A stretch of 64,000 bases of DNA from Waterburya sp. (lineage in GTDB: Bacteria > Cyanobacteriota > Cyanobacteriia > Cyanobacteriales > Xenococcaceae), in contig CBDCJV010000002.1 in NCBI GenBank assembly GCA_965217895.1, forward strand, positions 2,400,001-2,464,000, read 5' to 3'. The notes beneath the pieces were generated by a model that made no database searches, was not told the origin of the DNA, and worked only from the letters and a program-made list of their open reading frames with translations. This document shows, piece after piece, positions 48,769-58,084 of the stretch. Both the position numbers and the translations under genes were made by a program. Each line of letters opens with the position of its first letter. Position 1 is the stretch's first letter.

Positions 48769-49274
48769 TGTTTGAGATTTGAGCGAAATTGATTAGGAGT
48801 GTAGCGCATAGCCTGCTTTGGATTCCAGATTCCGTAACCCATTAAGCGAGCATATTCTTGAGCGTCTATAAGCAGCTTACTATATGAATGGCTATATCTG
48901 GTGTTTGCCAATACATTACCGTCTTTAACTAGCTCTTGACTAACTAAAGTTTTAGCTTGCCACACATGAGCATTGAAACGATTGAAACTGTCTGGCTGTG
49001 AGGTTTCCATCTCTAATTTAATTGGCAATCCTGTTACTAGCTTAGATAATTTCTGCTGTGCCGTTTTTCCCCAAGGAGACTGACGAAAATCGGGGGCATC
49101 GATACCTACAATTCTTACCTGGGCGACCTCTGAAGTTCCTGCTAATATAACTTCAATAGTTTGACCACTAACTACCCGCGTTACTTTTGCAGAGATTAAA
49201 TTAGTCTGGTTAGGTTTAAAATTACAGCCAAACAATAATATTAAACAACAGCAAACAGTTATTACTTTAAACAT
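48765..49274 (-). CDS. Thermonuclease (SNase)-family lipoprotein
   Basis: Lipobox LFGC; V.RVVSGQT, RIVGIDAP, AQ..AR..GYGIW. Confidence 0.82.
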   Translation of the reverse strand: MFKVITVCCCLILLFGCNFKPNQTNLISAKVTRVVSGQTIEVILAGTSEVAQVRIVGIDAPDFRQSPWGKTAQQKLSKLVTGLPIKLEMETSQPDSFNRFNAHVWQAKTLVSQELVKDGNVLANTRYSHSYSKLLIDAQEYARLMGYGIWNPKQAMRYTPNQFRSNLKQ

Positions 49275-49278
49275 TAAA

Positions 49279-49571
49279 TACGTCTAATGTGAATTAAAAA
49301 ATGTTTATTCTCGTTTCTTAATGAAATTGGTCTGTGAAAACCGTGATTTTGTTCCTGGGGGAACTTTCCCCCAGACCCCAATCTCGCGCGTTCCCAAGTC
49401 CGCGTGGCTTCCCGTTTAGGGATGCCCTCGTGTCGGACGCTTGCGCCTGACGGCGACGCGGTGAAGCAGTTGCGGTGGACAGGTTCCCTGGCATAAGCAA
49501 ACTGCTGAACCCTTTAGGGGGTCGCTCGCCTGCTGGGGACGTGACGACCCTCCCCAGACCCCTTCCGTAAA
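49279..49571 (+). mobile_element. Composite MITE family copy C (no right end; followed by AAAGCTA heptamers)
   Basis: 49355-49571 is identical by eye to 7337-7553. Confidence 0.85.
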
Positions 49572-49618
49572 AGCTAAAAGCTAAAAGCTAAAGGCTAAAA
49601 GCTTTTTTCGTAGTAAAA

Positions 49619-50734
49619 CTACTTTGCATTTGATTCTCTGTAACGTTCTACTGCTAAATTGATTAAGTTATCAACTAGCTGAGGAAAAGTAACTCCACTG
49701 TGCGCCCAAAGTCGGGGATACATACTGGTAGCAGTAAAGCCTGGTATTGTGTTGATTTCATTGATAAAAACTTCTCCCGTTTCTTCTACGTAGAAAAAAT
49801 CAACTCTGGCTAATCCTGCTGCATCTACGGCTAAAAATGCCTTGATCGCCATTTCTTGTATTTGAGAAGCTACAGCATCAGGAAGATTGGCAGGGATATG
49901 TAGCTGGGCTGCACCTTCGGTGTATTTAGTTTCATAATCGTAAAAGTCACTTTCAAAGGTAATTTCTCCCACTACCGAAACTTGGGGATTATCGTTACCT
50001 AATACAGCACATTCAACTTCTCTGGCGGTTACTCCTGCCTCGACGACAATACGGCGATCGTAGCTAGCAGCGTTGTCTAAAGCTTTTTCTAGTTCCTCGC
50101 GCGATCGCACTTTGGCAATTCCCACCGATGAACCCAGATTAGCAGGTTTGACAAAACAGGGATAGTCTAGCTTTGCCTCAATATCGTCGCAGAGTTTTGG
50201 ATAAATACAGGGATTGGAATATATTTGCGCCCTATTGACCGCCACATATTTTACCTGGGGTAATTCTGCTTGAGTGAACGCCATTTTCATAGCAATCTTA
50301 TCCATACCCAAAGCCGAACCTAATACCCCCGAACCGACAAAGGGAACGTTCATTAGGCTAAGTAAACCCTGCACCGTGCCATCTTCGCCATTGGGACCAT
50401 GAAGAATGGGAAACCAGACATCTATTTCTGAATAATTAGTGTTTTGTCCTGCGGGGGTTAAAGAAGAAAATCCTGTAGCGGTTAGCTTACTCTCTTCGCC
50501 TTTGGCAACTTGAGTTTCTGCTTCTAAGAGCAGAGGCTCTCCTGACTCTAGTACCTGTTGGGCAAGGTTACTAGGTTGCCATGTACCGCTTTTATCGATA
50601 TATACAGGTAGGATATCGTATTTAGTTTGATTATCCCCTGCTTTTAAAGCTGAGGCGATCGCTCTGGCTGAAGCAATAGAAACTTCATGTTCTCCAGAAC
50701 AACCGCCAAACAATAAACCAATTTGTTTTGCCAT
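49619..50734 (-). CDS. ddl: D-alanine--D-alanine ligase
   Basis: [39 protein letters not shown]. Confidence 0.96.
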   Translation of the reverse strand: MAKQIGLLFGGCSGEHEVSIASARAIASALKAGDNQTKYDILPVYIDKSGTWQPSNLAQQVLESGEPLLLEAETQVAKGEESKLTATGFSSLTPAGQNTNYSEIDVWFPILHGPNGEDGTVQGLLSLMNVPFVGSGVLGSALGMDKIAMKMAFTQAELPQVKYVAVNRAQIYSNPCIYPKLCDDIEAKLDYPCFVKPANLGSSVGIAKVRSREELEKALDNAASYDRRIVVEAGVTAREVECAVLGNDNPQVSVVGEITFESDFYDYETKYTEGAAQLHIPANLPDAVASQIQEMAIKAFLAVDAAGLARVDFFYVEETGEVFINEINTIPGFTATSMYPRLWAHSGVTFPQLVDNLINLAVERYRESNAK

Positions 50735-50824
50735 GTCATATCCCCAAAATCTCACCAGTAATGCTACATCATCTCTGGGTTTTTGGTTAGATACTTGAGG
50801 TATTTGTTTTTAAAAGATAAAAGA

Positions 50825-51346
50825 TTATCTGCCAAGGTAACGAGATGCCATTCTCATTGCATCACCCATATCTACATCACCGTCACCATCAGAATCTAAA
50901 AACGCGCTGGCAATTGAATTATTTCCCTGCATATTGCTTTTACTATTGCCAGTTTTTAATAAATTTAGGACTAAAGGAACTAAAATTGGCAGCATTGATT
51001 GAATTGTTCCTGCATTTAAACCAGTACGACCACTAATTTGCTGAATCATACCCTCTAGCTGGGAACTATTGAATAGAGTTGATAAAACTTGCGAATTTGC
51101 TCTAGTACCGCCAAATTGATTGATAATTTGATTTACTTGAGAAGCACCGCCTTGATTACGTTTTTCTCTGAGGGCAGACTTAGTGTGATTACCTACAATA
51201 GACATGGCTGATTCTACTGCGTCTGAACTAGCCTGATTATTGCCGCTTAACTGCTTTACCGTATCGAGTATTGAGCCAAGCTGATTAGTGCTTGCTTCTT
51301 TTTGAGGATCGTCGATCGCGCTTAAAATTTGATTGAAAATGCTCAT
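50825..51346 (-). CDS. DUF937-like protein with C-terminal EF-hand-like loop
   Basis: LDSDGDGDVDMGD; ISGRTGL...MLP.LVP. Confidence 0.7.
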   Translation of the reverse strand: MSIFNQILSAIDDPQKEASTNQLGSILDTVKQLSGNNQASSDAVESAMSIVGNHTKSALREKRNQGGASQVNQIINQFGGTRANSQVLSTLFNSSQLEGMIQQISGRTGLNAGTIQSMLPILVPLVLNLLKTGNSKSNMQGNNSIASAFLDSDGDGDVDMGDAMRMASRYLGR

Positions 51347-51418
51347 CTTCTTTGATTTGAATTCTGGTTTGCTTTTCTAAATTATTATCTAAAATTAGGA
51401 GTATTAAAAACATAATTT

Positions 51419-51796
51419 TTACTCAAATCTCCAGGCTGCCACTCCTAAACAAGCCCAACCAACAATAAACGCCACGCCACCTAAAGGCGTAATAGCACCA
51501 AGCCATTTAACCCCGCTTAAGCTCAGGGCATACAGACTACCAGAAAATAGCACTATGCCCGCCGTAAAAGCATATCCCGCTGCTATTAAAAAAACAGATT
51601 CTGTAGATAAACGAGTCAGCAGCAATGCCACTAAAATTAGAGCCAGAGCATGATACATCTGATATTTTGTGCCAGTTTCCCAGATCTCTAAAGCCCGTTC
51701 ACTCAATCTGTCTTTGAGGGCATGACTAGCAAATGCCCCCAAAATTACGGATATACCCCCTAATGCTGCTGCGATCGCTAAGAAAATTCGAGCCAC
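51419..51796 (-). CDS. DUF423 membrane protein
   Basis: GAFASH.L, YQMYH, FSGSLY, GAITPLGG. Confidence 0.88.
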   Translation of the reverse strand: MARIFLAIAAALGGISVILGAFASHALKDRLSERALEIWETGTKYQMYHALALILVALLLTRLSTESVFLIAAGYAFTAGIVLFSGSLYALSLSGVKWLGAITPLGGVAFIVGWACLGVAAWRFE

Positions 51797-51994
51797 AATT
51801 GTTTTCCTTTAGTTATTTACAAATTATCTAATCTGACAACATTAACTTTATTGAGAAAAATTAGAGTCTTACAGATAAAATAAGCATAATATAACCCTTC
51901 TCTCAATCTTGATTTTAGTAACGTTGATGACTTCAAGAAAGTTTTATTTGGGCTAATTTCAAATATATTATCTTTATTTAATCTAGGAAAATTT

Positions 51995-53137
51995 ATGACA
52001 GCTACATTTTGTGAGTATAAGCCAGGTTTAGAAGGTATTCCAGCTACAAAATCTAGTATTAGTTCCGTTGATGGTCAAAAAGGAATTTTAGAATATCGTG
52101 GTATTGCGATCGAAGAATTAACTAAACAGGGTAGTTTTTTAGAAACTGCGTACTTACTTATTTGGGGTAAACTACCCAGCGAACAACAGCTTGAAGAATT
52201 CCAAACTGAAATTTTATATCATCGTCGGATTAAATATCGTATTCGAGATATGATGAAATGCTTTCCTGAGACTGGACATCCGATGGATGCACTACAAACA
52301 TCAGCAGCAGCCCTGGGTCTATTTTATGCTCGACGCGCCTTAGATGATCCTGAATATATTAGACGAGCGGTAGTACGTATTTTGGCTAAAATTCCGACTA
52401 TGGTGGCTGCATTTCACCAGATGCGTCGGGGAAATGATGCCATTACACCAAATGACAATCTTGACTATGCAGCCAACTTTTTATATATGCTGACGGAGAG
52501 AAAACCCCATCCTTTGGAAGCTAAAGTTTTTGATGTTTGTTTAACGCTGCACGCAGAACATACAATTAATGCCTCAACTTTTTCGGCTATGGTAACGGCT
52601 TCAACTCTTACCGATCCTTATGCAGTTGTAGCTTCAGCAGTTGGGACTTTGGCTGGACCACTTCACGGAGGGGCAAATGAAGAAGTATTGTTGATGTTAG
52701 AAGATATTGGCTCAATTGATAATGTTCAGCCCTATCTAGAAAATTTGATAGCTAACAAACACAAAATTATGGGTTTTGGGCATCGAGTTTATAAGGTAAA
52801 AGATCCTAGAGCTAAGATATTGCAAGAGTTAGCCGAACAGCTATTCGACGCAACTGGACACGATCGCTATTATGATTTGGCTTTAGAATTAGAAAGGGTA
52901 ATTGAGACAAAATTAGGACACAAAGGGATATACCCTAACGTCGATTTTTATTCTGGTTTAGTTTACCGCAAGCTAGGCATCCCTGACGATCTGTTTACGC
53001 CTATTTTTGCGATCGCTCGTGTGGCTGGCTGGCTAGCACACTGGAAAGAACAATTAGCTGTAAATAGAATCTTTCGTCCTACTCAAATTTATACGGGTGA
53101 ACATAACTCTCCCTACATTCCGATGGCAGAAAGATAG
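51995..53137 (+). CDS. gltA: Citrate synthase
   Basis: LHAEH, GPLHGGANE, MGFGHRVY, YPNVDFYSG. Confidence 0.96.
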   Translation: MTATFCEYKPGLEGIPATKSSISSVDGQKGILEYRGIAIEELTKQGSFLETAYLLIWGKLPSEQQLEEFQTEILYHRRIKYRIRDMMKCFPETGHPMDALQTSAAALGLFYARRALDDPEYIRRAVVRILAKIPTMVAAFHQMRRGNDAITPNDNLDYAANFLYMLTERKPHPLEAKVFDVCLTLHAEHTINASTFSAMVTASTLTDPYAVVASAVGTLAGPLHGGANEEVLLMLEDIGSIDNVQPYLENLIANKHKIMGFGHRVYKVKDPRAKILQELAEQLFDATGHDRYYDLALELERVIETKLGHKGIYPNVDFYSGLVYRKLGIPDDLFTPIFAIARVAGWLAHWKEQLAVNRIFRPTQIYTGEHNSPYIPMAER

Positions 53138-53211
53138 CTGGCGAAATAAGGGATGAGAAATTTTTGGAGTTAATCCTTTAAGCTTTATGCCCAAAGATAT
53201 TATGATTATGC

Positions 53212-53241
53212 TTGACGATGGTAATGCAAGCGCATTACCAT
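53212..53241 (+). promoter_or_regulatory. Candidate prlF-yhaV promoter with operator palindrome
   Basis: TTGACG-N18-TACCAT; ATGGTAATGC-AAGC-GCATTACCAT perfect 10-bp inverted repeat. Confidence 0.65.
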
Positions 53242-53276
53242 TGATGTATAGTTTAATAAATAGCTTTAAAGATACT

Positions 53277-53609
53277 ATGGCTGCAAAATTAAAACCATGT
53301 TCAGAATCTAGTCTCACCGATCGTTATCAAACGACTGTGCCTGAACCTGTTCGTAAAGTCCTTGACTTAAAAAAGCGCGATAAAATTAGCTATACCATTG
53401 AGTCTGACGGAAAAGTGGTAATGTCTCGTGTTGAAAATAAAATAAGCGATCCTATATTAGGTAAGTTTCTCAACTTTCTTGCTCATGATCTTGCCAAAAA
53501 TCCTCAGCATCTACAAGCAATTAGCTCTGGTTTAGTAAATCATGTTCAATCCTTAGTCTCTGAGGTTGAGATCGATCTTGATGCACCACTCTTGGACGAG
53601 GATGAATAA
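53277..53609 (+). CDS. prlF: PrlF (SohA) AbrB-type antitoxin
   Basis: SLTDRYQTTVPEPVRK.L, DP.LGKFL.FLA.D, DLDAPL. Confidence 0.88.
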   Translation: MAAKLKPCSESSLTDRYQTTVPEPVRKVLDLKKRDKISYTIESDGKVVMSRVENKISDPILGKFLNFLAHDLAKNPQHLQAISSGLVNHVQSLVSEVEIDLDAPLLDEDE

Positions 53610-53611
53610 AT

Positions 53612-54109
53612 TTGTCTGTAAAAAAGCCACTAGTGATTAACGGGTGGAACATATTTGCCCATCCTCTTTTTCTCAATCAGTTTGAAGAACTTTTGGCGCA
53701 GGTAGAAGATTTGCGTCAGAAGCATCCTCAAGACTACAAGAAAAAAAATGCTACGAAGCGTTTAGCTGCTATATCAAGGCTAGCATTTGATGTTATTCCT
53801 GAAGATCCGACGCGGAGTGATTATCGCCAAGGCACTACCCTAGGAAGCGATTTTAAACACTGGTTCAGAGCCAAATTTTTTCAACAGTATCGTCTTTTTT
53901 TTCGATATCATCAAGAAAGTAAAATCATTGTCTTTGCTTGGGTCAACGATGAAAAATCTAAACGAGCCTATGATAGCAAAACAGATGCTTATCGAGTGTT
54001 TAAGAAAATGCTTCAAGATGGAAACCCTCCAGACGATTGGAATGATTTACTTAATGATGCAAAAGGTGAAACTAATCGTTTACAGCAAGTAATCAAAACA
54101 AAATTTTAG
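53612..54109 (+). CDS. yhaV: YhaV toxin (RelE-like RNase)
   Basis: GWNIFAHPLF, YRQG.TLG, WFRAKFFQQYRLFFRY, WVNDE. Confidence 0.9.
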   Translation: MSVKKPLVINGWNIFAHPLFLNQFEELLAQVEDLRQKHPQDYKKKNATKRLAAISRLAFDVIPEDPTRSDYRQGTTLGSDFKHWFRAKFFQQYRLFFRYHQESKIIVFAWVNDEKSKRAYDSKTDAYRVFKKMLQDGNPPDDWNDLLNDAKGETNRLQQVIKTKF

Positions 54110-54224
54110 CCTAAGCTGGCAAGCTTTTCTCAAGCTGTTGATAGACCATGATTAACTTTTGCTATCAGTCGATCTTTCTCAAGAACTATTGGTCAAAAAG
54201 GAAAAAGTTGTTAAGATTTGTAGC

Positions 54225-55973
54225 ATGGCACATTCACGGCTACAGAAATTAGGCAATTACCTTCGTCCCTACTGGCGAATGGTTTTATTAGGGGGAGTCG
54301 CCCTAGTAATTGTCAATGCTTTAAAGGTTTATATTCCCCTATTAATCCGCGACAGCATCGATCAGTTACAGGGAGAGTTTAGTTTTAATCAATTATCTCG
54401 CTCTGCATTATGGCTGCTATTTTTGTCAGCGGTAATGTGGGGGTTTCGGATGTATTCTCGCGTGTCTATTTTTGGCATAGGTAGACAGGTTGAGTTTAGT
54501 CTTAAGCAGCGAATTTTCCAACATTTACTGACTATTGAACCAGGATATTTTTCAGACAATAGATCGGGCGATTTGATTAACCGCGCCACTAGTGATGTAG
54601 ATAATATTCGCCGTTTAGTGGGGTTTGCTCTATTAAGCTTTATCAACATTATCTTCGCTTATGCTTTCACCTTACCAGCGATGCTCAAGATTGACGTGCG
54701 ACTTAGTTTGCTGGCTGTCGCCGTATATCCAGTCATGTTAATCACGGTACAGTTGTTTAGTGGCAAGATGCGTCGCTACCAACAAGAAGTCCAGGTAGAA
54801 CTTTCTAATTTGAGCGAGCTAATTCAAGAAGACATGAGTGGCATGGCTTTGATTAGAATTTATGCTCAAGAAGGTCAAGAAAGATTAGCATTTAAAGAGA
54901 AGAATCAAAACCTATTAGCGGCAAATCTGAAATTAGCTAGAACTAGAAATTTTTTGTTTCCCATTATCGAAGCTATTTCTTACGTTAGCTTATTAATTCT
55001 TTTATGGTTAGGTACGGAAGCGATCGCTAATGGACAAATTACCGTGGGTGACTTTGTGGCATTAGTTTTGTTTGTCGAAGGATTGGTATTTCCTACTGCT
55101 TTGTTGGGTTTTACCATTACGGCATATCAGCAGGGAGAAGTTAGTATTGATCGAGTTGAAGCAATTACTCAAGCCGAACCAAAAATCAAAAATAGCTCCA
55201 ACTCTATTGTTTTACCTCTAGAAGACATTCAGGGAGAAATTACCGCACGCAACCTTACCTACACTTATCCATGTACTCACAACCCCGCTCTATATGATTT
55301 AAACTTTACAATTAAGCCTGGAGAAACCATTGCCATTGTCGGCTCAATTGGCTCTGGTAAATCTACTCTAGCTAATACTATTCCCCGCTTGCTAAATATA
55401 GAGTCAGGAGAGCTATTTCTCGATAATTACGACATTACTAAGCTAGATCTAGATACTTTAAGAAGAGCGATCGCCTATGTACCTCAAGATAGCTTTTTGT
55501 TTAGCACTAGTATTAAAAATAATATTCGCTACGGTGAGCCATTGAGTGAAAGTTTGGAAGTAGAGCAAGCAGCTAAACAGGCTCAAATTCACCCAGAAAT
55601 CATGTCTTTTCCGCAAGAATACGAAACCTTAGTTGGTGAGCGAGGTATTACTCTATCTGGAGGACAAAGACAGCGTACTGCTCTGGCTAGAGCTTTATTA
55701 GAAGAAGCCAAAGTCTTAATTTTAGATGATGCACTTTCTAGTGTAGATAACGAAACTGCTACCAGGATTCTTAATAGTTTGTCACCTACAAGAGCTAAAA
55801 AAACTGTCATTTTTATCTCCCATCAACTATCGGCTGCGGCAATGTGCGATCGCATTTTAGTGATGGATGAAGGCAAAATTGTCCAAAATGGTACTCACGA
55901 AAGTCTAGTCAAAGAATCAGGACTATATCAATCTTTATGGCAGCAGCACCAGTTGAAAGAAGTGTTAAATTAA
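54225..55973 (+). CDS. ABC exporter, fused permease and ATPase
   Basis: Membrane domain, GSIGSGKST, LSGGQ, ILDDALSSVD. Confidence 0.92.
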   Translation: MAHSRLQKLGNYLRPYWRMVLLGGVALVIVNALKVYIPLLIRDSIDQLQGEFSFNQLSRSALWLLFLSAVMWGFRMYSRVSIFGIGRQVEFSLKQRIFQHLLTIEPGYFSDNRSGDLINRATSDVDNIRRLVGFALLSFINIIFAYAFTLPAMLKIDVRLSLLAVAVYPVMLITVQLFSGKMRRYQQEVQVELSNLSELIQEDMSGMALIRIYAQEGQERLAFKEKNQNLLAANLKLARTRNFLFPIIEAISYVSLLILLWLGTEAIANGQITVGDFVALVLFVEGLVFPTALLGFTITAYQQGEVSIDRVEAITQAEPKIKNSSNSIVLPLEDIQGEITARNLTYTYPCTHNPALYDLNFTIKPGETIAIVGSIGSGKSTLANTIPRLLNIESGELFLDNYDITKLDLDTLRRAIAYVPQDSFLFSTSIKNNIRYGEPLSESLEVEQAAKQAQIHPEIMSFPQEYETLVGERGITLSGGQRQRTALARALLEEAKVLILDDALSSVDNETATRILNSLSPTRAKKTVIFISHQLSAAAMCDRILVMDEGKIVQNGTHESLVKESGLYQSLWQQHQLKEVLN

Positions 55974-56110
55974 CTTAATTCCGATTTTCAATATTTTTAC
56001 GCTTTAATAATTTAACCAAAAATATTTCTATCTCCCTTATCTCGACTAGATGAGGGAATTTTTTTGTCCATTTTGAACATTTAAACAAAAATTAAATTTG
56101 TCAAGATTAC

Positions 56111-56128
56111 TTTACACATTGTTACAAA
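56111..56128 (+). promoter_or_regulatory. HLR1-like (RpaB) direct repeat upstream of ocp
   Basis: TTTACACA-TT-GTTACAAA, one mismatch to (G/T)TTACA(T/A)(T/A)-N2 repeated. Confidence 0.6.
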
Positions 56129-56183
56129 ACTTGTTATATTTGTTTACAGAAATTAAAAAAACTAGAGTAACGGAGAAATATCT

Positions 56184-57146
56184 GTGCCATTTACTATAGA
56201 TTCCGCCCGTAATATATTCTCATCAAATACTTTAACTGCTGATGCAGTACCAGCTTTGACGGCTAGATTTAATCAACTTAGTGCTGAAGATCAATTGGCT
56301 TGGATTTGGTTTGCTTATTTAGAAATGGGTAAAACTGTTACAGTTGCTGCTCCTGGAGCAGCAAATATGCAGTTTGCCGAGCCTACTCTTGATGAAATTA
56401 AGTCAATGGATTTTCAAGCACAGTCTCAGGTGATGTGCGATTTAGCTAACCATGCAGATACACCAATTTGTCGCACCTATGCTACCTGGAGTCCTAATAT
56501 TAAGCTAGGCTTTTGGTTCAAGCTGGGAGAATGGATGGAGCAGGGTATTGTTGCTCCAATTCCTGAAGGGTATAAGCTGTCTGCCAATGCTAATGCAGTA
56601 TTAACTACGCTTCAAGGATTAGAGTCTGGTCAACAAATTACGGTACTACGCAATACTGTTGTTGACATGGGATTTGACACTGGTAAGATGGGCAACTTCA
56701 AGAGCATTAGCGAACCAGTTGCTCCGCCTACAGAAATGTCCAAAAGAACAAAGGTCAATATAGAGGGCATTAGCAACTCCACTATCTTGAGCTACATGAA
56801 CTTGTTGAATGCCAATGACTTCGATGAGTTGATTAAGCTATTTGCTGATGATGGTGCGCTGCAACCTCCTTTTAAAAAGCCCATTGTTGGTAAAGATAAC
56901 GTTTATAAGTTTTTCAAGGAAGAATGCGCCAATCTAAAATTAGCACCTGAACGCGGTGTTGAAGAATCAGCCGAAGATGGTTACACTCAAACCAAAGTTA
57001 CAGGTAAAGTACAGACCCCTTGGTTTGGTGCTGATGTAGGCATGAATATGTCATGGAGATTTTTGGTCAACTCCGAAAACAAAATCTTCTTTGTGGCGAT
57101 CGATTTGTTAGCATCTCCCAAAGAACTACTTAAGCTGGCTCGTTAG
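56184..57146 (+). CDS. ocp: Orange carotenoid protein
   Basis: PFTIDSAR, WFAYLEMG, KLGFW, LRN.V.DMGF, KVQTPWFG, IDLLASP; GTG start. Confidence 0.96.
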   Translation: MPFTIDSARNIFSSNTLTADAVPALTARFNQLSAEDQLAWIWFAYLEMGKTVTVAAPGAANMQFAEPTLDEIKSMDFQAQSQVMCDLANHADTPICRTYATWSPNIKLGFWFKLGEWMEQGIVAPIPEGYKLSANANAVLTTLQGLESGQQITVLRNTVVDMGFDTGKMGNFKSISEPVAPPTEMSKRTKVNIEGISNSTILSYMNLLNANDFDELIKLFADDGALQPPFKKPIVGKDNVYKFFKEECANLKLAPERGVEESAEDGYTQTKVTGKVQTPWFGADVGMNMSWRFLVNSENKIFFVAIDLLASPKELLKLAR

Positions 57147-57273
57147 TTAAAAACCGAGTCTTAGCTAGTCTTGGAACTTCAAAGCCAATCACATTGGTGG
57201 GCAAAGGCTTTGAAGTTTTATAGTTATATTTAGACAAATATTGTAAATTAAATTTCAGTTATTAGTATTACAA

Positions 57274-57594
57274 GTGAGTAAAATTCAATGGTCTCAAACG
57301 GAAGATCAAATAGCAAAACAAGCTTTTCAGACAGCTTATGAAAGAGAAACTTCTACCTTAATTGCCAATGTACGCGATCGCGCTGGTTCAATTACAGAGC
57401 TAGAGGATTTATGGTATTTACACGATCTATTGAGTACCAAAAGGTATGAAATAGACGGCAAGTATGACTATGATTCTTCTACTGCCGTGTTCGATTTTGC
57501 TAAATTGATTAAAGAAGGCTGGCTTAATCTTGAAGATCTTAAAGGTTTAAATGCCGAAATACTGTCTAAAATATCGGCTTTAGTTCGGATGTAA
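57274..57594 (+). CDS. frp: Fluorescence recovery protein
   Basis: WS..E...A..AF..AYERE, LW.LHD.LS.KRYEIDGKYD; follows ocp. Confidence 0.92.
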   Translation: MSKIQWSQTEDQIAKQAFQTAYERETSTLIANVRDRAGSITELEDLWYLHDLLSTKRYEIDGKYDYDSSTAVFDFAKLIKEGWLNLEDLKGLNAEILSKISALVRM

Positions 57595-57665
57595 AAGCAG
57601 GGCTATTTCATTCTCGCTCTTCTAGATGAGGGAATTTTCTGTCTAACAAACAAACTTCAATAACC

Positions 57666-57839
57666 ATGAATCAAGCAAAAAATTCCTATATCCGTTGGTT
57701 TGCCGATTTAACTAACAAAGATGTCGAACTTGTGGGGGGCAAAAATGCCTCCCTCGGCGAAATAATTGGCACACTTAAAGAAGAAGATGTTAGAGTCCCT
57801 GACGGTTTTGCGACGACGGCGGAGGCATATCAGCTCTAG
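57666..57839 (+). pseudogene. ppsA: 5' fragment of phosphoenolpyruvate synthase
   Basis: [13 protein letters not shown]...[13 protein letters not shown]....[12 protein letters not shown], then stop. Confidence 0.8.
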
Positions 57840-58010
57840 GGCTGCCGTCAGGTACATCACTCAAAGCTTGCTGTACATCACTCGATTTGCCCACAGCGAA
57901 TCTACTCCGACCAAGTATAAAGGCTTGTCATTGTTTGGCAGTTGCAGTTGAACCGCTTTATTTTCTAATACTTTTATACTAGCAGGTTCTAAAGCTGTTT
58001 CCACCTTTCT
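57836..58010 (-). pseudogene. Internal fragment of a metallophosphoesterase-like gene
   Basis: Minus strand reads ..IKVLENKAVQL..PLYLVGVDSLWANR / [15 protein letters not shown] with a frame change. Confidence 0.5.
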
Positions 58011-58084
58011 AGTTAATTATCAGCATTTCAAAAATAAATAAAGGCGATCGCTATTTAAAGCTATATATTGACAGCTTGGAAAAC

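Noticed and set aside
4862..49571. Dispersed repeats as a CRISPR array
   Set aside because: No regularly spaced repeat-spacer units and no cas genes
57766..57951. 61-aa ORF
   Set aside because: Out-of-frame read across the ppsA/phosphoesterase scar
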